A stretch of 37,092 nt of DNA from a virus. Its lineage: Duplodnaviria; Caudoviricetes. Positions within the stretch are counted from its first letter, which is position 1; the number at the start of each line of letters is the position of its first letter. Positions 7,888 to 15,283 of the stretch are shown one piece after another. The notes beneath the pieces are model-generated. The model made no database searches, was not told where the DNA came from, and worked only from the letters and a program-made list of their open reading frames with translations. The position numbers were made by a program, and so were the translations under genes. Location: IMG/VR virus record IMGVR_UViG_3300037458_000301, positions 1 through 37,092 of that record; one strand, written 5' to 3'.

Positions 7888-8868
7888 TCAATAATCAACG
7901 TGCGGGTAACGGATGAAGTGCATCATTGACGCGCCACGGCTCTCAAGATATTGGTGGCTGTCAGTGTCAAACCACAGCTTAATCATCGGTTCACCATCAA
8001 ACCCGCCTTCGTAATTTCGTTGTTTTCGCACAAATAACACTTGGTCGGGGTCGTCCATGTTCACCTTGGAGGGGTCGGTTTTCAGGGCGATCTCTTTGGC
8101 CTTGTTGCGAAAAACCAAAATGATGTTATCCACTTGGTCGGCAATCGCACCCGAACCCTTAAGGTCGTTTTTGTCGGGCAGCTCGGTTTCTTTGCTTGGC
8201 TTTTTCAGGTGGTGAATAAGGTGGATATGGATGTTCATATCGCGAGCAATGGCCGTGAGTTCATCCACAAACGCCTTTTGGCCGTTGTAGTCATCCTCAC
8301 CGCTTACAACCTTGGCAAGGTTATCAATGAACACATGGCCTATGTTTAGCTCTTTGGCGCAGTAACGAACCATGCCTAAAACGAGTTCGCGATCAGCCGT
8401 GCCTTGTTGGTCGTAAATGAACAGGCGGTTATCCACAAAGCCGCCAAAGTCGTCATAAAGTTTGTCGATAGCCTGGACACCCTCATCATTTTGGAACGAT
8501 GGGCAAAACGGATTTAGGCCGTTATACATCCGTGCCATGCGTTGCACGGTCAGGTGGGGCTTCATCTCAAAGCTGGCAATGCAAGCCTTTTCGTCTTGGC
8601 CCAACAAAGACAGCGCAATCATGCTGGTTACAAGGCTTTTACCGTGGCCGTTTTGTCCAGCCCATACCGTGACCTCACCTTTGCGAAAATCAAAGTTATC
8701 GCGAGTTTTCGGCCAAGGCAGGTAAACCTTTTTCTCTCTCTGCTTTTGGCGCAGTCGGGCCTTCAGGATTTGGGTGTAGTCGGCGGCGTTCTTGACGTTC
8801 GCCTTTGCATCGGTGTCGCGCAGGTATTGACGAAAATCAACGTCATCGTTTGAAAAAATGGTGGTCAT
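7888..8868 (-). CDS. DnaB-like (SF4) replicative helicase
   Basis: Walker A GQNGHGKS, SFEM, FIDNL, DLKGSGAIADQVD, KQR motifs. Confidence 0.92.
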   Translation of the reverse strand: MTTIFSNDDVDFRQYLRDTDAKANVKNAADYTQILKARLRQKQREKKVYLPWPKTRDNFDFRKGEVTVWAGQNGHGKSLVTSMIALSLLGQDEKACIASFEMKPHLTVQRMARMYNGLNPFCPSFQNDEGVQAIDKLYDDFGGFVDNRLFIYDQQGTADRELVLGMVRYCAKELNIGHVFIDNLAKVVSGEDDYNGQKAFVDELTAIARDMNIHIHLIHHLKKPSKETELPDKNDLKGSGAIADQVDNIILVFRNKAKEIALKTDPSKVNMDDPDQVLFVRKQRNYEGGFDGEPMIKLWFDTDSHQYLESRGASMMHFIRYPHVDY

Positions 8869-9200
8869 GGCTTGGCAAAGAATTTATGGGTTAAAGGCAC
8901 ACGGCCTTGGTAAGTGCCCCGCTTGGGGTAGCAACTACGGCTCACAATCCGCGCCTCGGCTTCGATACATTTCTGCATCAGGGCATCGGCTCGGTCTTCA
9001 TCGTGGCCGTCAATGTGGACAATCATGCCGAACACAAAACGCAGGTCAAGGTCAATCACAAAATCGTCATTCACGCACACTGTCGGGCAACTGCCAAACT
9101 CAGCCCAATCCAGCTTGACGGGAAAGTCGCAGATGTTGACCGCTTGGGGATGGTCGCCGCGGATTCTCATCGCGATCAGTTCGTCATGGCCGCGCATCAT
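8865..9200 (-). CDS. Hypothetical protein between initiator and helicase
   Basis: ATGA-coupled on both sides. Confidence 0.75.
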   Translation of the reverse strand: MMRGHDELIAMRIRGDHPQAVNICDFPVKLDWAEFGSCPTVCVNDDFVIDLDLRFVFGMIVHIDGHDEDRADALMQKCIEAEARIVSRSCYPKRGTYQGRVPLTHKFFAKP

Positions 9201-9868
9201 ATTCCCCCTGCAAAGCTAGAAACTGTCGGCTTAGCTTCGGTCTTTGAGTTCCTGCACCAATTTCTCCAAGTCGCATACCAATCGGTTTTGGCGGCATCTC
9301 TCCCCGCCTTGCTTATCCAAAAGTCTTTGAACTTGTCTGCCTCAAAACGAACGGTGGCTGTGTCCCATTTCATGTTTTCCAAAGTCCATACACCCCATTC
9401 CTTTGGCAACACCCAATCACCTGATAAACGCTTTGCTTTGGCCGAACCTTTAGGTGCGGCATCAATAACTGGTTCTTGGTTTATGGTTAGTGGTTTATGG
9501 TTAGGTGGCGGTTCGTTCACGTCTGGTGAACGGTTCGTGTCTTTCAGCTTACGCTTCGTTTCACGTTCAATAGCGATTCGTTTGTTTGTGTCGGCTTTTT
9601 CGTGGTACTCCAACAGCTCTTGGAGTATGCGATCTTGAACGTATTGACCATCATCGGCCAACTTAAAGAACCGACTGAGAACAAATTTGACCGCCTCAAC
9701 TTCGGCCTCAGTGCTGGCCCATGTCCATTCAATCGCTTCATCAAGCGTTGGAAATTTCTCACGGTCATAGCACGAGTCGATCAAGAGCGTGTACGCACCG
9801 TGCTGAAGCATGGTCAATCGTCCACACTTTTTGGCATAGTCGCCAAGGTTTCGTTTGTAGTAGTGCAT
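9197..9868 (-). CDS. DUF1376/YdaU-family replication initiator
   Basis: MHYYKRNLGDY...HGAYTLLID N-terminus; F.DFW...DW.ATWRNW C-terminus; lambda O position. Confidence 0.85.
   Translation of the reverse strand: MHYYKRNLGDYAKKCGRLTMLQHGAYTLLIDSCYDREKFPTLDEAIEWTWASTEAEVEAVKFVLSRFFKLADDGQYVQDRILQELLEYHEKADTNKRIAIERETKRKLKDTNRSPDVNEPPPNHKPLTINQEPVIDAAPKGSAKAKRLSGDWVLPKEWGVWTLENMKWDTATVRFEADKFKDFWISKAGRDAAKTDWYATWRNWCRNSKTEAKPTVSSFAGGI
9470..9538. repeat. Iteron-like repeats, candidate replication origin
   Basis: Five tandem TGGTTnn heptamers (perfect 14-mer twice at 9477-9504); CGGTTCGT twice; GTTCAC/GTGAAC inverted repeat. Confidence 0.55.
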
Positions 9869-9987
9869 CACACCCCCAAGCGTTCAGCAATGGCTCTCAA
9901 GGCCGTGTTGATCTGCTCTTGGGTTGCGTCTGGGTGCAGGTGAAGCCAAGTGTTTTTTTCGGCCTCATATCGCTGGTACTTGTCCAT
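9868..9987 (-). CDS. 39-aa protein MDKYQRYEAEK...IAERLGV (not in ORF track)
   Basis: GGAG RBS; TGATG coupling to the initiator gene. Confidence 0.75.
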   Translation of the reverse strand: MDKYQRYEAEKNTWLHLHPDATQEQINTALRAIAERLGV

Positions 9988-9998
9988 TTCTAAACTCC

Positions 9999-10105
9999 AA
10001 AAAGAAAACCCCTGAAAGCTGGTAGGACAAGTACCAAACTTTCAAGGGTCAGCCATTGACGGCTTAGATGTATCTGCACCTTGTCCGTGCAACATCTAAA
10101 CCGTC
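9999..10105 (-). ncRNA. Two-hairpin cis element with complementary loops; the second hairpin is an intrinsic terminator
   Basis: Loop GGACAAG (10086-10080) versus loop CTTGTCC (10031-10025); U tract follows hairpin 2. Confidence 0.75.
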
Positions 10106-10116
10106 TAGGAACGATT

Positions 10117-10317
10117 TTACTTGCTCAACTTACGAAAAGCAAGCCCAAACTTATCATCAAGAATCGGACGCCACTTATAGGCAACCCCGTTCCTCGTCCA
10201 CGCTTCGACTTGTGGGCCAGAGGATGCGCCTAGCTTTTCAGCGACGACACGGTATGAGCCGCAGGTCGCACGGGCGTAGGCAAGAAGGGAAGAATAGTAT
10301 TGGTCGGTTTTTTTCAT
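10117..10317 (-). CDS. Cro-like HTH regulator, probably leaderless
   Basis: 66 aa, GSYRVVAEKLG...VEAW..NGV pattern; first gene of the leftward operon. Confidence 0.75.
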   Translation of the reverse strand: MKKTDQYYSSLLAYARATCGSYRVVAEKLGASSGPQVEAWTRNGVAYKWRPILDDKFGLAFRKLSK

Positions 10318-10323
10318 GCGCGT

Positions 10324-10354
10324 AGTATAACAAAGACTCTTGCAGTGTTGTAAA
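10324..10354 (-). promoter_or_regulatory. Leftward early promoter (extended -10)
   Basis: TG-T-TATACT ending 7 nt before ATG 10317. Confidence 0.7.
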
Positions 10355-10374
10355 AATATTTTTTGTTGTAAATG

Positions 10375-10425
10375 TTGCCACGCTTGCAAAATTCTGTTGT
10401 AGAATTGAGGCTCAACAACAGGAGA
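10375..10425 (+). promoter_or_regulatory. Repeated promoter/operator/RBS module, copy B (rightward early promoter)
   Basis: TGCAAAATTCTGTTGTA overlapping TAGAAT, then GAGGCTCAACAACAGGAGA. Confidence 0.75.
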
Positions 10426-10430
10426 TACAG

Positions 10431-10691
10431 ATGATGAAAATGCAAACAGGACACGTTATAACAGCGGACGTTAAGGAGGTCAAAGGCCGATCAATCAGTT
10501 TTGTAAACGAGGATGGTCGTGTGGTGTATGAGGTCAGGATTAACGAGGACATGAGCCTTGAGGTGCGAGGTGTTGATGTAATAAAGCGTGATGGTGTTTT
10601 GTATTCTGAGTGCTTGAGCATCCGTCCGCGCTACTCAAATTCGGTTGAAATCCACCGTTGCGTTTACCCAGAAACCGGAGAGAAAAAATGA
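10431..10691 (+). CDS. Hypothetical early protein
   Basis: AGGAG RBS. Confidence 0.8.
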   Translation: MMKMQTGHVITADVKEVKGRSISFVNEDGRVVYEVRINEDMSLEVRGVDVIKRDGVLYSECLSIRPRYSNSVEIHRCVYPETGEKK

Positions 10692-10990
10692 CTTTTGACG
10701 CACAGGAAGATCGTGACCGCTTTGAAGATCACACGCCGATGGATGAGACAAGCGCAGAGATTCAGGCGTTGGTCAATGTCTTGACCGATAAAAAGATTTT
10801 GTCGGATGCCTTTACTGACTTCATCGCCGACAGTTTTGAGGGCTTGGAGGCTCTTGGGATCATTCTCGGGGCCAACTCAACCGAAAGAAAGATGGCGGCT
10901 ATTGAGAAGCTGAAACACGCTTACCTTGATGCGGCTTACACCGTGACTGTGCGCGAGGCTGAAGTCACTAAATTGATGGGGGAAGCATGA
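10688..10990 (+). CDS. Hypothetical protein
   Basis: GGAG RBS; ATGA overlap. Confidence 0.8.
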   Translation: MTFDAQEDRDRFEDHTPMDETSAEIQALVNVLTDKKILSDAFTDFIADSFEGLEALGIILGANSTERKMAAIEKLKHAYLDAAYTVTVREAEVTKLMGEA

Positions 10991-11193
10991 AAACACCTTG
11001 GTTCAAAGCTGGAAAACAAAACCCGGTGCGAGTTGGAGTTTACGAAGCTCGCCACGATATGTTTAAGTATTGGGACGGGAAGCGTTGGGGCGGATTCTCA
11101 GAAACGCCAAAACAAGCAATAGTAAAAGCCGGATACCTGTGGGCGAATCAAACAGAGTTTTATTGGCGCGGTCTTTTGAAGGAGTCCGAATAA
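10987..11193 (+). CDS. Hypothetical protein (TPWF...PVRVGVYE...WRGL family)
   Basis: ATGA overlap. Confidence 0.75.
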   Translation: MKTPWFKAGKQNPVRVGVYEARHDMFKYWDGKRWGGFSETPKQAIVKAGYLWANQTEFYWRGLLKESE

Positions 11194-11294
11194 TGCTCGT
11201 AGTCCTGCGCCTTTTCAAGTTCTACCGCCGAAGCGGTATGAGCATCATCAACGCCCTAAAGCGGGCTTTATACACGGCCTTTCGGGGCTACTAA
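11193..11294 (+). CDS. 33-aa basic hypothetical protein
   Basis: AAGGAG RBS; TAATG overlap. Confidence 0.6.
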   Translation: MLVVLRLFKFYRRSGMSIINALKRALYTAFRGY

Positions 11295-11303
11295 GGAGAA
11301 AAA

Positions 11304-11966
11304 ATGGAAGTTTACAAAGCAATCAACCGAGTCCAGTCCGAGCTTTCAACGCTTGGTATCGTTAAAGACAAGCGCAACTCACAGGGCGCGGGTTACAACT
11401 TTCGCGGCATTGATGATGTTTACAACACAATCGCCCCTTTGCTGTCCAAGCATGGCCTTTGCATCTTGCCCCGAGTGTTGGCCCGTGAGTGTGCAGAGCG
11501 CGTAAGTCAAAAGGGCGGCGCTTTGTTCTACATCACAGTCGAGGTCGAGTTTGATTTTGTATCCTCTCAGGACGGCACAAAACACACCGTAAAGACGTTT
11601 GGCGAAGCAATGGATAGCGGCGATAAGGCAACCAACAAAGCCATGTCAGCGGCCTATAAATACGCTTGCTTTCAGGCGTTCAGCATCCCGACAGAATCGC
11701 GTGAGGATGCCGACTACCAGACCCACGAAGTCGCACCAGCACCCAAGATGGTTCACCGTCCCATTGGCAACCCAGAGGAAAACGTAACAGCCGAAGAACA
11801 GGTTTATTTGCGTGAACTCGCAAGCCGTTTGACCGACATGGTGGATTCGGGCGCTACCGACATTGCCGTGGAAGCGTTAAAAGGCGAAAACCTAGAGGCA
11901 GACCAGAAAATTTTTGTCTGGGGCTTGCTACCATCCCATGTTCGATCAGCAATCAAGAAAGGTTAA
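11304..11966 (+). CDS. erf: ERF-family single-strand annealing protein
   Basis: YNFRGIDDV...GEAMDSGDKATNKAMSAAYKYA...F.IPT. Confidence 0.9.
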   Translation: MEVYKAINRVQSELSTLGIVKDKRNSQGAGYNFRGIDDVYNTIAPLLSKHGLCILPRVLARECAERVSQKGGALFYITVEVEFDFVSSQDGTKHTVKTFGEAMDSGDKATNKAMSAAYKYACFQAFSIPTESREDADYQTHEVAPAPKMVHRPIGNPEENVTAEEQVYLRELASRLTDMVDSGATDIAVEALKGENLEADQKIFVWGLLPSHVRSAIKKG

Positions 11967-11968
11967 GA

Positions 11969-12304
11969 ATGAGCGAAACAAAAGCGGGTCTAAAAACCCA
12001 ATCGTTTGCCCAGACGGAATTTTCGGTCATGCAGTGGGCGACAGACCGAGGAATCTACAAACACGGCACGGCTTTGGGGCAGGCCAAAAAAGCATTGTCT
12101 GAAATCCAAGAACTCATTGAAGCAATCGAAGCTGGCGACAAAACCGAGGCCGAACTAGAGGCGGGTGACGTTGTTGTTTGCTTGGTGAACACTTGCACTT
12201 TGTTGGATATTGATTTACGTCAAGCGTTCTACAAGGCTTACAAGAAAATCGAACACAGACGCGGTTTTCTCAATGCCGAAGGCGTTTTTGTGAAAAGTGA
12301 GTGA
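11969..12304 (+). CDS. MazG-like nucleotide pyrophosphohydrolase
   Basis: W..DRGI...Q..K..SE..EL...EAGDVVV...AY.KI..R.G....G.FVK. Confidence 0.85.
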   Translation: MSETKAGLKTQSFAQTEFSVMQWATDRGIYKHGTALGQAKKALSEIQELIEAIEAGDKTEAELEAGDVVVCLVNTCTLLDIDLRQAFYKAYKKIEHRRGFLNAEGVFVKSE

Positions 12305-12316
12305 GGTATAATGTGT

Positions 12317-12364
12317 TGTGGCTAGGAGGCATCCGAACCGCCGTCTAATCCCCGGCTTGCCACA
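12317..12364 (+). ncRNA. C4-antisense-like RNA upstream of HNH gene 1
   Basis: TGTGGC/GCCACA closing stem with two inner hairpins; loop TCTAATCCC; TATAAT at 12307-12312. Confidence 0.7.
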
Positions 12365-12395
12365 CACTTCAAGGGATTGTTCAAGGATTAGAACG

Positions 12396-12890
12396 ATGGA
12401 AAACGCAAACCTTTGCGGCGACTTTCAGCCAAGTAAAAAACCCACCAACGGGGCGCATTTATACAAACACGGGATGATGAAGCACCCCTTGTATAGCCAA
12501 TGGAGGGGCATGATGCAACGATGCCAAGACCCAAACCAAAAGCAATACAAATACTATGGCGGCAAAGGCATAAAGGTTTGCGATAGGTGGCACGATTTCC
12601 CATCGTATTTGGCGGACATGGGGATGCCATTGGAAGGCCAAACCATTGATCGAATCGACAGCAACAAAGACTACTGCCCAGAGAATTGCCGATGGGTTAG
12701 CCGTAGTGAACAGATGAAAAACAGGTCAAACGCCGTTTTGATCACTTTTAACGGAACAACTAAAAACCTTATAGATTGGGCGCGAAGTATTGGCATCAAC
12801 AAATCAACACTCAAATATCGTCTGAGAAATTGGCCGATGGAAAAAGCACTAGCACACACACGTTTTAAGACTAATGGAGAAGCAATATGA
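12396..12890 (+). CDS. HNH homing endonuclease
   Basis: W..M.QRC...YGGKGIKVCDRW...TIDRID...Y.PENCRW; ATG 12396 follows an AAGGA RBS. Confidence 0.9.
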   Translation: MENANLCGDFQPSKKPTNGAHLYKHGMMKHPLYSQWRGMMQRCQDPNQKQYKYYGGKGIKVCDRWHDFPSYLADMGMPLEGQTIDRIDSNKDYCPENCRWVSRSEQMKNRSNAVLITFNGTTKNLIDWARSIGINKSTLKYRLRNWPMEKALAHTRFKTNGEAI

Positions 12891-13165
12891 GCTATCAACC
12901 CAAAGAAGGCAGTGGAGCCTTGTTTAAATCAGACAAAGGCGACAACCCCTCACGGCCCGACTATCGGGGCGACATCATGCTTGACGGCGTGATGTATGAG
13001 ATCAGCGGCTGGATTAAACCCAAGCCAAGCAACCCCGCAGAAAAGTTTATGAGCTTGTCCGGCAAGCCAAAACAAGCCCGACAGCAAGCCCCTGCACCAC
13101 GTCAAGCGCCAGCGGCCAAGCAAGCCTTTGACCCGTTTGACGACCCAAACGGATGCCCGTTTTGA
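12887..13165 (+). CDS. Putative single-stranded DNA-binding protein
   Basis: GALF...PDYRG...W core, Gln/Pro linker, acidic tail ending in PF. Confidence 0.65.
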   Translation: MSYQPKEGSGALFKSDKGDNPSRPDYRGDIMLDGVMYEISGWIKPKPSNPAEKFMSLSGKPKQARQQAPAPRQAPAAKQAFDPFDDPNGCPF

Positions 13166-13174
13166 CCTAAATAC

Positions 13175-13197
13175 AACAGCCCTTCGGGGCTGTTTCT
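13175..13197 (+). terminator. Intrinsic terminator-like hairpin
   Basis: AACAGCCC-TTCG-GGGCTGTT. Confidence 0.75.
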
Positions 13198-13223
13198 ACA
13201 TGAGGGTAAATACTTATCCATCA

Positions 13224-13265
13224 TGCAAAGTTTTATTGTATAGTAGAGGCTTCAACAACAGGAGA
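13224..13265 (+). promoter_or_regulatory. Repeated promoter/operator/RBS module, copy C
   Basis: TGCAAAGTTTTATTGTA/TATAGT; 13236-13265 identical to 18930-18959. Confidence 0.8.
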
Positions 13266-13269
13266 AAAC

Positions 13270-13404
13270 ATGAAACACAAACCAATGGCAACCTACAACA
13301 GTGATGACCGCAAAGCCGACTTGATGGTGATTGTGGTCTGTGTACTGGCTTCGATTGCAATCGCTGTTATGGCCTACTTTGGCTGGTTGCCGGGCGGTGT
13401 ATGA
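13270..13404 (+). CDS. 44-aa single-TM protein (not in ORF track)
   Basis: AGGAG RBS; MKHKPM...VIVVCVLASIAIAVMAYFGW; ATGA coupling. Confidence 0.75.
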   Translation: MKHKPMATYNSDDRKADLMVIVVCVLASIAIAVMAYFGWLPGGV

Positions 13405-13631
13405 GAACCGCGTTTTTGTTGGCCTTGTCGGGCCTGATAGCGCATTTCTTGATGCAGTGGTCTTTTGACCAAGGCGCAAAAATTGGTGACGCTCAAGGGT
13501 ATGCCAGAGGATTCGCCAAAGGTAGGCAAGTAGAGCCTGACCTTAGTGCTTGCTCTGCATGGTGGTTTGGCGGTAATGCCGGACGTGACCGAAAGAATGA
13601 ATTTAAACAGTTTTGCAAGGGTTTGAAATGA
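13401..13631 (+). CDS. Hypothetical membrane or exported protein
   Basis: N-terminal hydrophobic segment; coupled. Confidence 0.7.
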   Translation: MRTAFLLALSGLIAHFLMQWSFDQGAKIGDAQGYARGFAKGRQVEPDLSACSAWWFGGNAGRDRKNEFKQFCKGLK

Positions 13632-14011
13632 ACGAGATTAACGACACCATTGGATGTGTGAACCACGATTGTGCTAAGTGCAAGTCGCAGTCAGCACCTG
13701 TGCAGGAGCCTTTGTTTTGGTATCGGCCCGTTGGCGAAGATGGCGGGTATGAAGGCCCGCTGCACAACGGCGTAATTGAGAAAGTGCGGAAAGAATCGGG
13801 CGCTTGGATTCCGCTGGTGCCCGCCACCACCCCACCCGCAGCACAGCCAGCCGTGCCGCTGACCCGCGAGCGCGTCAAAGAGATTTTGTCTGAGGAGGGT
13901 TACGACAGAGCAAACGTGCAAGCACGGGTCGACTTCATCACTGGCTTTCGAGCAGCCGAAGCCGCCCACGGCATCACCGCAGCCGCACCAGAGAAAGGCG
14001 GTGCAGCATGA
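13628..14011 (+). CDS. Hypothetical modular protein (APVQEP / AAQPA linkers)
   Basis: ATGA overlaps. Confidence 0.75.
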   Translation: MNEINDTIGCVNHDCAKCKSQSAPVQEPLFWYRPVGEDGGYEGPLHNGVIEKVRKESGAWIPLVPATTPPAAQPAVPLTRERVKEILSEEGYDRANVQARVDFITGFRAAEAAHGITAAAPEKGGAA

Positions 14012-14235
14012 GCCGCACATATTTTGATGCCCTTGGCCGCCGAGCAGCAAGCAAAGGACATCCGCTTAAATCACCTCGTCAATGGCCGCGATTTGCTCGC
14101 GAGGCTTTCGCACGCGGGTGGATACTGCAAACACAGCCGACATACGGTGGAGGGAGAGACTTTCAAATGGTGGACGACACAGGCAACAAGCTCACCTTCA
14201 CCGATTTCCGGTTTACGAAAGGCGGTGCAGCATGA
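14008..14235 (+). CDS. Hypothetical protein flanked by 19-bp direct repeats
   Basis: GAAAGGCGGTGCAGCATGA at 13993-14011 and 14217-14235. Confidence 0.7.
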   Translation: MSRTYFDALGRRAASKGHPLKSPRQWPRFAREAFARGWILQTQPTYGGGRDFQMVDDTGNKLTFTDFRFTKGGAA

Positions 14236-14651
14236 CCAAGCCCTCCCTTATCGCCCGCTGCACACTGTCCGAACAGTGCCTACCGGATGCGCCGTACCGC
14301 GCCATGCTGTGCAAGCTGCACAAAGACATGCTCGATGAAATTGACCGCCTGAAAGCAGCACAGACAGCGCCAGCGCGGGAGCTCGACTACTGGCTTGGGT
14401 TTGGGTTGCAAGCCCACACGGAAAAGCCATTCGAGGGTGCGACCCCCGTTTTCACCGCAGCACAGCCAGCCGCCCACCAATGCCACTGGATACAGATGGA
14501 CAACGAACACACGCCCGAAACTTGGCAGGGCGCTTGCGGCGCGGTTTGGACATTTACCGAAGGCGGCCCAAAGGACAACGATCAAGCCTACTGCCCCAAA
14601 TGCGGCGGCGTGTGCATTGAGGTGCGGGCTGACGAGAAAGGCCAACCATGA
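14232..14651 (+). CDS. Hypothetical modular protein with C-terminal zinc ribbon
   Basis: C.W...W...CG...YCPKCG; ATGA overlap. Confidence 0.75.
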   Translation: MTKPSLIARCTLSEQCLPDAPYRAMLCKLHKDMLDEIDRLKAAQTAPARELDYWLGFGLQAHTEKPFEGATPVFTAAQPAAHQCHWIQMDNEHTPETWQGACGAVWTFTEGGPKDNDQAYCPKCGGVCIEVRADEKGQP

Positions 14652-14830
14652 CCCCCAAACGCCATGACCCTTTGACCTACCGCTATCCGCGCACAATGGA
14701 TGCCGCTTTTGGCTACGAAAGCCCCGTAGAGCTACCAAAAGAACCTTCACTGTTGAGATGGTGGGGTGAGATGTTTGCAGCTCTGAGCATTGTCCTTTTC
14801 TGCATTTTTGTTGTCCAGGTGGTCGCATGA
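14648..14830 (+). CDS. Small membrane protein (RYPRTM..AFG family)
   Basis: C-terminal TM; coupled. Confidence 0.7.
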   Translation: MTPKRHDPLTYRYPRTMDAAFGYESPVELPKEPSLLRWWGEMFAALSIVLFCIFVVQVVA

Positions 14831-15051
14831 ACATCCCACAAGGCCACAAACGAGTCACCGTCCCCGTTGACCAAGGAATCGACAAAATCAAAGACTTCAT
14901 CCAACAGCAGACGGGGGTGGAGATGACCTACGTGCAGATTTTCAACCACCTGATTCACTTCTACATGACCCACGCCGCCGAACCTAGAACGAAATGGGCG
15001 CCAATTTTCAAGCAAGATGAACCCAGAGCCAATCGACTTCACAAGGTCTAA
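14827..15051 (+). CDS. Hypothetical protein
   Basis: ATGA overlap. Confidence 0.65.
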   Translation: MNIPQGHKRVTVPVDQGIDKIKDFIQQQTGVEMTYVQIFNHLIHFYMTHAAEPRTKWAPIFKQDEPRANRLHKV

Positions 15052-15283
15052 AAAGAATCCGTGGGGGCTTACAGAATTTCAATGCTATGTCCTGAGAATG
15101 TATTGCACCCACGGAAACAACAAACGAACCGTCAACGCCACGAACACCAGCGCAAAGAATATCGAACACCACCTTTTAGTGGCCCGTCAAAAAATGGGCT
15201 TTCGAGGTAGTGACATTCGACTGTTTTTGAACTGGGATAAATGGGTAACTCAACTGGAGCTTTTTAATGAACACCGCACATAA
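15017..15283 (+). CDS. LuxR/GerE-type HTH-like protein
   Basis: LT..Q..VL......G..K......S.KNIE.HL..AR.KMG pattern. Confidence 0.6.
   Translation: MNPEPIDFTRSKKNPWGLTEFQCYVLRMYCTHGNNKRTVNATNTSAKNIEHHLLVARQKMGFRGSDIRLFLNWDKWVTQLELFNEHRT

Noticed and set aside
12318-12395. GTG-started extension of HNH gene 1
   Set aside because: It coincides with the C4-like RNA; the RBS and ATG at 12396 fit better, although a leaderless start cannot be fully excluded
12305-12890. HNH genes as group I intron-encoded or IscB/HEARO-type RNA-guided nucleases
   Set aside because: Flanking genes are intact, no intron core is visible, the proteins lack RuvC motifs, and the RNA is only about 48 nt
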